A stretch of DNA of 32,367 nt from the NCBI GenBank assembly GCA_043744755.1, contig JAYTUF010000242.1, positions 1-32,367 on the forward strand, read 5' to 3'. Below, in pieces: positions 17,301-26,072 of the stretch. The position numbers were made by a program, and so were the translations under genes. Within the stretch, counting starts at the first letter, position 1. The number at the start of each line of letters is the position of its first letter. The stretch comes from Anatilimnocola sp. (GTDB lineage Bacteria; Planctomycetota; Planctomycetia; Pirellulales; Pirellulaceae). Below the pieces are notes generated by a model. It was given only the letters and a program-made list of their open reading frames with translations, made no database searches and was not told the origin of the DNA.

Positions 17301-18584
17301 CGCGGCACGAGTGCAGCGGTCAGTTCGGCGACGCATGTCATGCCCGGCAGTCTGCTCGCGGTTCCCAAGCCGACGGCGTATGCTTCGCACAATCGAAGCC
17401 GGTTGGATGGTCCGGTCGGTGATCGTCCGCAGGAAGAAGTGGGCAGGAAGACGAATCAGTATCAAGTGCCCTGGCCTGACCGGCAACTCTCCACGACCAT
17501 CGAAGGGGACATGCTGTATGTCACCAATCGATTCCAAGTCGCCGCTTACAATCTGACCAACGGCCAGCGGCAATGGCAAAGCCAACCACCGCCCGGAAAC
17601 ATTGCCAAGGCTCAGGATTGGGCGCTGATCGCGATGCGTCCGCTGGTGCTCCGCGATCAAATCATCACGCGGCAATTGTTTGGCAAGAGCCCGCAAATCG
17701 TGTGCTTGGAAAAATCGACCGGCAAATTGCTGTGGGCCGCTGACCGAGGCGAGCGCGAGTTCTTTGTTTCCGACCCTGTTTATCTGCACGGCCAGGTCGT
17801 CGGCCTGAGCATGGCTTTGCAGGATCAGCAGGAAGGGCAACTGCGCTGGAATGTGCTCGACCCCGCCACGGGCGAGTTGCAATCGCAGCGCGATCTGATT
17901 CGACTTCGCAGCACCTGGGGAAGCCGCGCTTGCTGCGAAGTGCTACCCCTCGATCATCAGTTGATCGTCGCACTGGGCGGCATCACACTCGCCCTCGATG
18001 GCCGCGGCCAGGTCGGCTGGGTGCGGAAGCAAGTGACACTTCCCAGCGACGAAGACCCCCGCTGGGTGCTGCAGAGTTTCTCGCGACCGCTGCTCGTCGG
18101 TGGCAAGGTGGTCATGAATCAGCCGGGGACCCGCAGTGTTGTTTGTCTCGATCCGGCGACCGGCCTGCAACACTGGGAAACATTGCTGATGGATGTCGTT
18201 GGTTGCTGGGGCGCGTCGCGCGGGATGATTGTCGTTCAGACCGAAAGCGGAGTGCAAACACTGGATGCAGCAACCGGCAAACGGCGATGGTTTGCACCTT
18301 TGACGGACCTGCAGCCTCAGGCGCTGGTGGATGAAACCGCCATTCTCGTGGCGCGGCGAGCGGTGCTACCCGATAATAAGTCACCGGCCATTCAATTGGT
18401 CTGGCTCGATCCCGCGACGGGAAGCCAGCGAGCAACAACGCTCCTTCCCTCGCTGACCGATCCGCTGCCGCGGTTGGGGGCCATGGTGCCCTATAAAGAT
18501 CGCGTCTTCACCTTCTTTGGTCGCGGTCAACACGATCCGAATCGGGATGTGGTGGAGCTAATTCCCAGCGGGCCCGTCCAATAG
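14301..18584 (+). CDS. large single-pass membrane protein: anti-sigma-like N-terminus, beta-sandwich, TPR and PQQ/BamB-type beta-propeller
   Basis: ATGA overlap with the sigma gene. Short helical N-terminus (ELSLEEIELLRQRMAESPALRE), TM at about aa 92-118, WLRLAFGCGTFRWWMSSDGVNW, TPR-like AEALRWLGDRALSNGWFEEAIALYQRAI, repeated [LI]D/N-xxTG-xxxW propeller motifs (YNLTNGQRQW, LEKSTGKLLW, LDPATGLQHW, LDAATGKRRW). Confidence 0.8.
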   Translation: MTGMQMDGFRMDGFQKTDQELLQLLDEKMPEELSLEEIELLRQRMAESPALREALASQVHLESYLQTALARLQLSPAAIAARAREQQAGRGGLSLVLLILMIVVPAIAVVGVVAINAFYSHELAQKGNNSEANEKQGDEAGENKDPTKTPEQATDTQPKIEGGAIEDPTKADSPTKPAAIAPIKPAAPLPPPWQAVVESTVEPPAFQEVAFQTFDLSKEVVRRDQLQPWFEAAAGQNYRLHEVDTQFGRCGALEGLARLKSPWLNDSFLRMSLENYNKLQIHLFHGNKGVTLVYHQDHSYRWAAYTTTRKPKTARPETLALTATDDSRNLRTEMRFGGPIDLRFHNGQVVLSRGDIVLLAAPLPGPPDDVYFEGRATFYGLQLLRTSDAPALAPARKLVFETDRPADLPWTSSAPELAQPKKNDDGSLTFSADNMIKHVWCWTPLPQPGLQQVVFRLTNITPGVSVYLGRDQGHPAECVRFLKNRRNNRLVAKMRGVDDEHEIDLATHAESIDGAADNESCWLRLAFGCGTFRWWMSSDGVNWAQPDFIRESLPGKIDSIGILLVGKRPGTQVTLKRIELRELAALTNLAKADLRGKALALPLVPTLAAWQDEITKAKPAEVDVNDWRRACAVQTLAAGATKELSHPLLEMLLDDPATQQLPLADQLAVHEDGLQLVSDLRDGQSLKINLVTRLANVGLYAFQDRNLPPWSSIRRTFLSTPIHTLHRPAGAPLAAVEPLVRTELIQRAYAQQPQALLKLCEQLRFFHLNETVPMVTWAEALARRETATRAVASSGAPTIMRESWRPLLVEELSKEAYNLTSELQAVLESEAWEDAARIITSVDPEAAPGVSPYVKDRQLLTSLPVAVQLLLGDFPQLKEALGQRYGPLAKLRIGQAIAAGDSSAVELATVQFGATAESAEALRWLGDRALSNGWFEEAIALYQRAIERHPLLAGSLAHRSRLAAAMLGRDVGTPATSVVQFNDLKLDAAQFEALVTEMRARGTSAAVSSATHVMPGSLLAVPKPTAYASHNRSRLDGPVGDRPQEEVGRKTNQYQVPWPDRQLSTTIEGDMLYVTNRFQVAAYNLTNGQRQWQSQPPPGNIAKAQDWALIAMRPLVLRDQIITRQLFGKSPQIVCLEKSTGKLLWAADRGEREFFVSDPVYLHGQVVGLSMALQDQQEGQLRWNVLDPATGELQSQRDLIRLRSTWGSRACCEVLPLDHQLIVALGGITLALDGRGQVGWVRKQVTLPSDEDPRWVLQSFSRPLLVGGKVVMNQPGTRSVVCLDPATGLQHWETLLMDVVGCWGASRGMIVVQTESGVQTLDAATGKRRWFAPLTDLQPQALVDETAILVARRAVLPDNKSPAIQLVWLDPATGSQRATTLLPSLTDPLPRLGAMVPYKDRVFTFFGRGQHDPNRDVVELIPSGPVQ

Positions 18585-18717
18585 CCTCTATTCACTCTGC
18601 CTTTTTGGCCGGGATGTAACATTTTTCGCCACTTGGCCATAGCAATATAAGGTCACGCCAATGAGAATGGCGTTTCCCGCCTTTGTCCTCACTTTATTAC
18701 CCACCGAGACCACGCGA

Positions 18718-19866
18718 ATGCTGCAGCGCACGCTGACCCTGGGCTGGCTCGTCATCGCGATGTTTTTTGCGCCGCTAGGTCGCGCTTGGGGCCAGGCGGA
18801 AGACGAGATCACGCCGGAAAGCGAGGCCGCCCTCGACCGTGGCCTGGAATGGCTCGCCCGCAATCAGGGGCCGGAAGGGAACTGGGGTTCGCACGATCTG
18901 GGCTTGGTCGGCATGGGCGCGCTGGCTTTCCTTTCTGCCGGGCACGCACCGGGGCGGGGCAAATATGGCCGCGAGGTCGATAAGGCTCTGGAATATGTCG
19001 TCAGCCATGCGAAGCCCTCCGGCTTGCTAAACATCACCGATGGCCAGCGGGATATGTACAACCATGGCCTGGCCACCTTCGTGCTGGGTCAAGCCCACGG
19101 CATGACTGCCAGCCGCGACCGCAGGCTGAACCGGGTGCTGGATGGTGCCCTCAAGCTGATCGCTAATGTGCAATGCGACGACGGCGGCTGGGACTATAAA
19201 GCTCACCGGCAGCAAAATGGCCACGACCTGAGCCTCGTTGTGATGCAAGCGAAGGCGCTGCGCTCGGCGGTCGATAGCGGCCTGGAAGTGCCGCCGGAAG
19301 TGATTGAACTCGCCATCAAGAGCGTCCGCGAGCACTATGCGGTCAAGGGTGATCGTCGCTTGTCGGAGGCTGAACAGAAGAAGTTGCCGGGGCAATTCAC
19401 CTACAGCCGCGGCGGTGGCGGCGGCACGATTGCGATGGCCGCCGCGGGCGTCGTGTGCATGCAGGAGTTCGGCGAATACGACGATTGGCGGATCGGCAAG
19501 AATATGGAAGTGATTTCCGCCGCGGTGAAAGAATTGCCCAAAGCCAGCGAGCGGAAGGGGAACATGCCCTTCGATGCTTACACGCTCTATTACGTTGGTC
19601 AGGCCCTGTATCAGGTGAATGGCGACCCTTGGAAGGAATGCTATCCACGGCTGCGAGAATACCTCGTCAAGTCACAGGTGCTCGAAGATAAGAACTCCGC
19701 CAACCACGGTGCCTGGCACGATCACGGCGCGAAGACGCATGGTCACGTCGGCGGCAAAGAAGGACAGCTCTATGCGACCAGCGTCGGCTGCTTCATTCTA
19801 GCCATTCCCAATCGCTACCTGCCCATCCTGCAGGAAGGAAAGATCGAAAGCTTCCGGAAAAAATAG
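18718..19866 (+). CDS. exported prenyltransferase/squalene-oxidase-repeat (alpha/alpha toroid) protein
   Basis: Signal peptide MLQRTLTLGWLVIAMFFAPLGRAWG-Q; QW-like repeats GLEWLARNQGPEGNW, LIANVQCDDGGWDY, YLVKSQ...HGAW; MYNHGLAT. ORF track start 18661. Confidence 0.85.
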   Translation: MLQRTLTLGWLVIAMFFAPLGRAWGQAEDEITPESEAALDRGLEWLARNQGPEGNWGSHDLGLVGMGALAFLSAGHAPGRGKYGREVDKALEYVVSHAKPSGLLNITDGQRDMYNHGLATFVLGQAHGMTASRDRRLNRVLDGALKLIANVQCDDGGWDYKAHRQQNGHDLSLVVMQAKALRSAVDSGLEVPPEVIELAIKSVREHYAVKGDRRLSEAEQKKLPGQFTYSRGGGGGTIAMAAAGVVCMQEFGEYDDWRIGKNMEVISAAVKELPKASERKGNMPFDAYTLYYVGQALYQVNGDPWKECYPRLREYLVKSQVLEDKNSANHGAWHDHGAKTHGHVGGKEGQLYATSVGCFILAIPNRYLPILQEGKIESFRKK

Positions 19867-19948
19867 CAGAATCGGTAACCGACAGCTCATTTCGCCACGC
19901 CGCTCGCGGCGTGTTCCCCCCCGCCAGCAAGAAAGTCCCGTTCAGCCA

Positions 19949-22531
19949 ATGTCCTTTCTGTCCTTCACCGCCTGGCAATTCGCTGCGGCCGGCGCCCTGT
20001 TTGCGGCCGGCCCGGTGATCATCCACCTGCTCAACCGCAGGCGGTATCGCGTGGTGCAATGGGCGGCGATGGACTTTCTGAAAGAGGCCTTGCAGCGCAA
20101 CCGCCGGATGCTGCAGTTGCGGGATATCATCCTGCTGATCATGCGGACCATCGCGGTGCTGTTGTTCGGACTGGTGCTCGCCCGGCCCTTCTTCACGCGA
20201 GGCAGTCGGGCCTTTGATGATCGGCAACCGCTTCATGCGGTGATCGTGATTGATAACAGCCTGAGCATGGGCTACGAAGGGCTCGACGGCACGCTGCTCG
20301 ATAAAGCCAAGGACCGCGCTGCCCGGCTGATCGATCAACTGCCGACAGGCAGCAAGATCTCGGTCCTGCCCGCCTGTGGTTCTCGCGAAGGTTACAGCCC
20401 CGATCCTTATGACACCAAGGACGGCGCTCTCGAAGCCATCGGCAAGCTGGAACTCGTCGATCGGTCCGCCAGCTTGCTGCGCGTCGCCAACGACGTACAA
20501 CGCGCCAGCGAAGCTTCGCCGGAATTGGCCAAGCGAGTCGTGGTCTTCAGCGATCAGCAAGCCACCAACTGGCGAGACGTTGGCTCGGCCGATGCGTTGA
20601 AGAAGCTGCACGATTGGCAACTGGTTGCGGTGGCGCCGGCTGGCTCGCTGTCGGATTGGGAAAACACTTGGATCTCCAATTTGCAAGTCGCGGATGGCCT
20701 CGCGGATATCGAAACGCCCACGACCATTACCGTGCAATTGCAACATCAGGGAGGCATCGCCCGGCAAGATGTGCAGGTCAAGCTTTCGTATGGCGACATT
20801 GTCATCGGCGAGAAAACGGTTTCCATCGAGCCGGGCGCGGGTAGCAAAGAAGTTGAATTCGAGTATGTCTTCAACACGCTGACCGAAGTTCCCGAACCGG
20901 ATCATCCGGTGTTCGTGCCGCTCAAGGCCGAGATTCAAAGCAACGATTCACTTGCTGCTGATAATGAACGGTATCTGGCTCTGCCGGTGGTGGCTGGATT
21001 GCCGGTGGTGTTTGTCGATCAATATGGGGCCGCCGAAGATCCCGCCCGCAATCAGTTAGGCGAGACTCGGCACTTGCGAAAGTTACTAGCGCCAAAAACA
21101 TCGCGCGTTGAAGCCCCGCGGCAACTGGTGAAGATTCGTCATTTGACGCAAAGCGAACTCGATCAAGAGACTTTGCAGGATGCTCGCCTGGTGGTGCTGG
21201 CTGGTTTGAAAGAGCCGCAGTCGGAAGAGATCGTCACACTGCTGCGCGACTACGTCCGCCAAGGCGGCCGGCTGGTGATTGCCGCCGGCGCCGATTTCGA
21301 TCCGGTTCGTTGGCAAGAACTCGCCTGGCGCGATGGCGACGGCATCTTGCCGCTGCCGCTCCGTGAGACCGTCGGCGAAGTGCCCGAAGTGGCTGGCGCG
21401 AACACCCGGCCGTTCTTCATTTCCTTTGAGAGTCTCTCGGGCGATGAACTGTTTCAACTCGCGACCACGGGCGATGCGGAGCTGCGCGATCTGTATGCCG
21501 AGCCATTCTTCTTCAAGGCCGTCTCGACCGATAACAGCCCCGAAGCCACCGCTGCTTCCACCGCTGCCGCCCGCAAGCGATTGGAAGAGGAACTAACCTT
21601 CCGTCAGGCAGCGCAACAGCGCCGCGAGGAATTCACAGCCAAGCAAGCCAGCGGGCAAATGACCGCGGCTGAAACAGATCAATTGAAAGCCGATGAAGTC
21701 AAACTGGCCGAACTGCATCCGAAGTGGCTGAGTTGGGCCGTTGGCAACACGACCGGCAACGCAGACGAAGCCATCTCCGCCGATCCTGGGCTGCGCACAC
21801 AGCAAATCGACCGCTTGGTTCAACAGCAGTTGCCGCGTGTGCTCGCGAAATTCGATGACCGCGGGCAAACACCGTTTTTGATTGCCAAGAGCCAGGGAAA
21901 GGGCGAAGTGCTGTTCGTCGCCACCGGCCTGCTCTCTTCGTGGAATACACTTCCCAAGACCAATGCAATCCTGATGTTCGACCGCCTGCTACGGAACATG
22001 ACCCGCTCGACCTTGCAACGGCGGAACTATCAACCGCTGGAACAACTCACGTTGCCAGTCCCCACGAACGAACATGATCTGGCCGTCTCGCTGATCCGCC
22101 CGCGGCAACTCGATCCCGAAGCGCTCGATATTGGCTTCATCGGTAACGATCAGCGGGGCATCACACTGCATGGTCTGTATCAACGCGGTGTCTATCGCGT
22201 CTCCGGTTATCGCCGCGATCCGAACGCCGATGCAGTGCGAGGCTCCGAAGATACTGCCGCCGCAGAGAAGCCGGTTTGGGAAGTGCCGATCGTCGTGAAT
22301 GGCGAAGCGGATGAATCCGAATTGCAGCCCCTGACGCGCGAGAAGTTTGAAGAGTTGACCGCGGGCACGACGCTCCGCTGGGTTGAACCGGGTGAAGACA
22401 TCAGCCTCGCTGGCGCTGCGATCCGCGGACAAACCAGTTGGTGGTATCTGGCCTTGGCCGTGTTGATCTTGCTGCTGGCCGAAATGGTGGTGTTATCATG
22501 GCCCGCGCTGCGGCCGCAAGTTGCTGTTTAA
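19949..22531 (+). CDS. BatA (N-terminal double-TM) + von Willebrand A domain membrane protein
   Basis: PVIIHLLNRRRYRVVQWAAMDFL...LLIMRTIAVLLFGLVLARP; MIDAS DNSLS and VFSDQQ; Ig-like and GATase-like segments (YVRQGGRLVIAAG); ESELQPL followed by a C-terminal TM. Confidence 0.9.
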   Translation: MSFLSFTAWQFAAAGALFAAGPVIIHLLNRRRYRVVQWAAMDFLKEALQRNRRMLQLRDIILLIMRTIAVLLFGLVLARPFFTRGSRAFDDRQPLHAVIVIDNSLSMGYEGLDGTLLDKAKDRAARLIDQLPTGSKISVLPACGSREGYSPDPYDTKDGALEAIGKLELVDRSASLLRVANDVQRASEASPELAKRVVVFSDQQATNWRDVGSADALKKLHDWQLVAVAPAGSLSDWENTWISNLQVADGLADIETPTTITVQLQHQGGIARQDVQVKLSYGDIVIGEKTVSIEPGAGSKEVEFEYVFNTLTEVPEPDHPVFVPLKAEIQSNDSLAADNERYLALPVVAGLPVVFVDQYGAAEDPARNQLGETRHLRKLLAPKTSRVEAPRQLVKIRHLTQSELDQETLQDARLVVLAGLKEPQSEEIVTLLRDYVRQGGRLVIAAGADFDPVRWQELAWRDGDGILPLPLRETVGEVPEVAGANTRPFFISFESLSGDELFQLATTGDAELRDLYAEPFFFKAVSTDNSPEATAASTAAARKRLEEELTFRQAAQQRREEFTAKQASGQMTAAETDQLKADEVKLAELHPKWLSWAVGNTTGNADEAISADPGLRTQQIDRLVQQQLPRVLAKFDDRGQTPFLIAKSQGKGEVLFVATGLLSSWNTLPKTNAILMFDRLLRNMTRSTLQRRNYQPLEQLTLPVPTNEHDLAVSLIRPRQLDPEALDIGFIGNDQRGITLHGLYQRGVYRVSGYRRDPNADAVRGSEDTAAAEKPVWEVPIVVNGEADESELQPLTREKFEELTAGTTLRWVEPGEDISLAGAAIRGQTSWWYLALAVLILLLAEMVVLSWPALRPQVAV

Positions 22532-22564
22532 CCAAATGAGAGACGAGAAGGAATCAGTAAAAAT

Positions 22565-25060
22565 ATGAGTCGCTGGTGGGGATGGTTTGTCGGCCTGGAT
22601 GGGGTTACGTCGATCGAAGAGATCGATGTGGCACTGGCTGCGCCCTGGGCGCAGGAAGGTCCCTTCTGGGTGTTCCTCGCCGCGGCCGGGCTCGTCGTCC
22701 TGTCGTTCGTTTTCTATCTGCAATTGCAAGCCGGACCCAAAGCATCGGCTCGCTGGATGCTCGCCGTTTGCCGCGGGTTGCTCCTCGCGCTGCTGCTGAT
22801 CACGCTCGCCGATCCGGTGCTGCGGATGCACGTCACGCGGCGGCATCAGCCGCAGGTCTATGTCGTGTTCGACGGCACGGACAGCATGGCCATCGCCGAT
22901 CAACTCCCCGATGCTCAGCGTGCTGCACTCGTGCAAGCCACGGGCTATCAGGCGACCCCGGGCGCGATCAAGCCGGGTGAAACTGCCGTCGCGGCCAACT
23001 CGGTGCCGACACGAATGGAATATGTGCAAGCCTGGCTCAGCAAGAAGAATGATAACGTCTTGCAGCAGTTGCAAGAGAAACACAAAGTCGAGATCGAAGC
23101 CTTCGTCTTCGATGGCAACACCACCAGCCAACTGCGAAAGCTCAGCCAGGTCGGCGGCCAGGCAGATAAAGAATGGTCCGGCTCGTGGATCGCGGAGCAA
23201 CTGACCACCAAGGGTCAAGTGACGGCCCTCGGTGCCGTGCTGCATGAAACAAGTCAGCAGTTCGGCTCGGGCCGCCTCGCGGGCGTGGTACTCGTCAGCG
23301 ATTTCGCTCACAACGCCGGTGCCGCGCCGATTGGCACCAGTGAAAACTCGCCGCTGGCGCGATTAGGTGTACCGGTCTATGCAGTCGGGGTCGGCGCGAC
23401 CGAAGCGGTCGATCTCGCTGTCGATCTGCAGACCGATCCCAAGATGAAGAAGGCCGAACGGAGCACCGTCACGGTCAAACTGCGGCAAAGTGGATTGCAA
23501 GGGCAGAGCGTCACGGTACGCGTCAGCGGCCGCAAAATTGGCGGCGAAGCCACCGCTCAATCGACGGAGTTTCAAGTGGGGCAGCGAACGGTGCTGCTCA
23601 ACACGGGTTTTGAAACAGCGGATATCGATTTCACGCCCGAAGAGTCCGGCCGGTTCGAGTTCACTGCCACCGTCGATCCGGTGGAAGGAGAAATCGTCGA
23701 TCAGAACAATCACGCCCTGCGGCAAGTTAATGTCATCGAAGATTACCTCCGGCTGATGTACGTCGCCCATGAGCCGACCTGGGAATGGCGGTTCATCAAG
23801 GAAGTGTTTCACCGCGACAAGCTCGTCGGCATGGAAGGCTTCCGCACGTTTCTCGCGTCGTCCGATCCGCGCGTTCGCGAAGCCAATGTGCTGTTCCTTC
23901 CCACGCTCACGCCCAAGCGGAGTGAGTTCTTCGCCAACGATGTACTGTTTTTGGACGATATGCCCCGTACGGCGCTCAATGACCGCTTCTGCGAAATGGT
24001 GAAGGAGTTCGTCGGCAACTTGGGTGGCGGGCTGGTGGTGATCACGGGGCCGCGGTTCGGGCCGAAGGAACTTCAGCAAACACCGCTCGCGGACTTGCTC
24101 CCGGTGATCGTCGATCCGCAGGCCGACATGCGCGATGCGCCGGAGTTTCCCGAATTCCGCATGAGGCTCACCCCGCACGCCGCCCGCTATCCCTTCATGC
24201 AGCTCAGCCAGAATGAAGCCGAGAACTTGAAAGCGTGGGACAACCTAGGCAAGCTCCCCTGGTATCAACCAGTCGCGGCCTTGCATGAGCAAGCCTTCGC
24301 GCTCGCGGAACATCCCACCGATAAATGCCGCGACGGCAAAACGCCGCAGCCGCTGATCTCCGTCCGGCAGTACGGAAAGGGCGAAGTCGTGTTCCTCAGC
24401 TTCAACGAGACCTGGCGGTTGCGCAAGAAGTATGGCGAGAAGTATTATCGCCAGTTGTGGTCGCAACTCATCTATCGCCTGGGCATGAGCCACGCACTGG
24501 GCAGCGACAAGCGGTTTGTGGCCCGGCTCGATCAGCCGCAGTACCGGGCGGAAGATAAGGTGACGCTCACGGTCGAAGCTTACGATGTCAATTTCGAGCC
24601 GCTCGATGAAGAGAACGTCACGGACCGCACGCTCGAAGCGGAACTCGTCATCCCCGGTCCCGGCGGCGGCGAGGTTCGTCCCGTGCGGGTGCCCATGCTC
24701 CGCAAGGGCGTGTTCGAGGCCCGCATCCCCGTACTCGCCGTGGGCGAATACAGCCTCCGCGTGAAGGATCCCGTCACCGGCAAATTCGACGAGCAGCGGT
24801 TTGAAGTCACGCCTCTCTCGGCCGAGCGCCGCCGCGCGGTGCGCGACGAAAAGTTACAGAACCAGATCGCGGAAAAATCGGGCGGCAAAGCCTACGACCT
24901 GACGACCGTGCATAACTTAATCAACGATCTGCGGGCCGAACCGCGAATCGAAAAAATGACACGAAACCAGCCGCTCTGGTCCACGCCCCTGTGGTTCACA
25001 CTGGTCGTCGGCCTGATGCTGGGTGAATGGCTGTTCCGCAAGCTGCTGAGGCTTTCATGA
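22565..25060 (+). CDS. membrane protein with VWA, Ig-like and glutamine-amidotransferase-like domains
   Basis: Two N-terminal TMs; VVFDGTDSM, TALG, VVLVSDFAHN; Ig-like GEIVDQNN; PTWEWRFIK, FVGNLGGGLVVITGP, YGKGEV..ETWRLR; C-terminal TM LGEWLFRKLLRL. Confidence 0.85.
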   Translation: MSRWWGWFVGLDGVTSIEEIDVALAAPWAQEGPFWVFLAAAGLVVLSFVFYLQLQAGPKASARWMLAVCRGLLLALLLITLADPVLRMHVTRRHQPQVYVVFDGTDSMAIADQLPDAQRAALVQATGYQATPGAIKPGETAVAANSVPTRMEYVQAWLSKKNDNVLQQLQEKHKVEIEAFVFDGNTTSQLRKLSQVGGQADKEWSGSWIAEQLTTKGQVTALGAVLHETSQQFGSGRLAGVVLVSDFAHNAGAAPIGTSENSPLARLGVPVYAVGVGATEAVDLAVDLQTDPKMKKAERSTVTVKLRQSGLQGQSVTVRVSGRKIGGEATAQSTEFQVGQRTVLLNTGFETADIDFTPEESGRFEFTATVDPVEGEIVDQNNHALRQVNVIEDYLRLMYVAHEPTWEWRFIKEVFHRDKLVGMEGFRTFLASSDPRVREANVLFLPTLTPKRSEFFANDVLFLDDMPRTALNDRFCEMVKEFVGNLGGGLVVITGPRFGPKELQQTPLADLLPVIVDPQADMRDAPEFPEFRMRLTPHAARYPFMQLSQNEAENLKAWDNLGKLPWYQPVAALHEQAFALAEHPTDKCRDGKTPQPLISVRQYGKGEVVFLSFNETWRLRKKYGEKYYRQLWSQLIYRLGMSHALGSDKRFVARLDQPQYRAEDKVTLTVEAYDVNFEPLDEENVTDRTLEAELVIPGPGGGEVRPVRVPMLRKGVFEARIPVLAVGEYSLRVKDPVTGKFDEQRFEVTPLSAERRRAVRDEKLQNQIAEKSGGKAYDLTTVHNLINDLRAEPRIEKMTRNQPLWSTPLWFTLVVGLMLGEWLFRKLLRLS

Positions 25061-26061
25061 GCGACGCACCCAACTGGCAAGCTCGCCAGGAAGACTTTTT
25101 CGCGGACGTTCCACCTCCGTCCAATTCGGGGCATTTCCAGTGGTCGCAGGAAAAGCTCCGCGAACTGCGGCCGGAGTTGTTCGGTGTTTCCGGGTTCTTT
25201 TACTCGGTGTTCGTGCTGTTGCGGCAGCAGTTTAACGACCGGCAGTTTATCAAGGAGTGCCTGGATGGTGGCGATTGCCGAGCGGCGGTCGTCATGACGG
25301 TTAGTCCACTCATGGTCGCGGCCTATTCGGACGAACTAGACGCGGTCGTGTTGCTCAAGTTCCCCGTCGACTTTGTGCCGAAATACAATCTGGCCGTCGG
25401 CACGCGCCTGCTGACCATCAACAACTATGCCGCCGGGTCCGGCGCGCGAGACATCTATCCTGGGCCGAAGAACACCCGCCAGTGGGACAACATGATTCCC
25501 ACGATCGCGGATTTCGCATCCGACGATGCCGCCCAGATCAATCAGCTAAAGCACAAGATCTTGCCGGCGGAATGGCAACGCTGCTATGCGATGGGGCAGC
25601 AATACCTGCAGTTGCGGCCGGGCATTTACCGCGATGGCCGCCCGTTCTTTGCCGGCATGCCGCTAGCGGGCGCCCGTGAATACGAATCCAACCTGAGCCG
25701 CGCGCAGCGAATGCGGATGATTTACGTCGGCGCGAGTGCCGGCGTCCTGCTGATGCTGCTCATGTGCGGCGGAATCGGTTACATCACGATTGCGAATCGA
25801 AAGGGCTTACGGGACAAATGGCAAGATGCCGACTTTCGGAATGACCACCGGCAACCGCCGGTTCCGTTCGCCAATGTTGAACCCGGGTTCGCGCGCGGCG
25901 CGAAAGTAGAAGCCCAATGGGCAGGCAGATGGGTACCCGGCGAAGTGATCGAGACTCTGCCAGGCGGCGGCATGGTGCGCGTGCGTCTGGACGATAAACA
26001 CCTCGGCCCTCCCGAGGCGATGCTGCCCCGTCACATGGTTCGCCCTCGCGGCGGGGGTTAA
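25057..26061 (+). CDS. hypothetical membrane protein with C-terminal Tudor/Agenet/SH3-like domain
   Basis: ATGA overlap at 25057-25060; TM MIYVGASAGVLLMLLMCGGIGYITI; C-terminal FARGAKVEAQWAGRWVPGEVIETLPGGGMVRVRLDD. Confidence 0.7.
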   Translation: MSDAPNWQARQEDFFADVPPPSNSGHFQWSQEKLRELRPELFGVSGFFYSVFVLLRQQFNDRQFIKECLDGGDCRAAVVMTVSPLMVAAYSDELDAVVLLKFPVDFVPKYNLAVGTRLLTINNYAAGSGARDIYPGPKNTRQWDNMIPTIADFASDDAAQINQLKHKILPAEWQRCYAMGQQYLQLRPGIYRDGRPFFAGMPLAGAREYESNLSRAQRMRMIYVGASAGVLLMLLMCGGIGYITIANRKGLRDKWQDADFRNDHRQPPVPFANVEPGFARGAKVEAQWAGRWVPGEVIETLPGGGMVRVRLDDKHLGPPEAMLPRHMVRPRGGG

Positions 26062-26072
26062 TCGAAAGCAAT

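Noticed and set aside
18615-18650. TGTAAC...AATATA as an ECF-type promoter
   Set aside because: The -35-like TGTAAC is suggestive, but no matching -10 at normal spacing and no equivalent upstream of the sigma gene.
18718-19866. Annotation as squalene-hopene cyclase (shc)
   Set aside because: Too short, has a signal peptide, no DXDD, and no hopanoid genes nearby.
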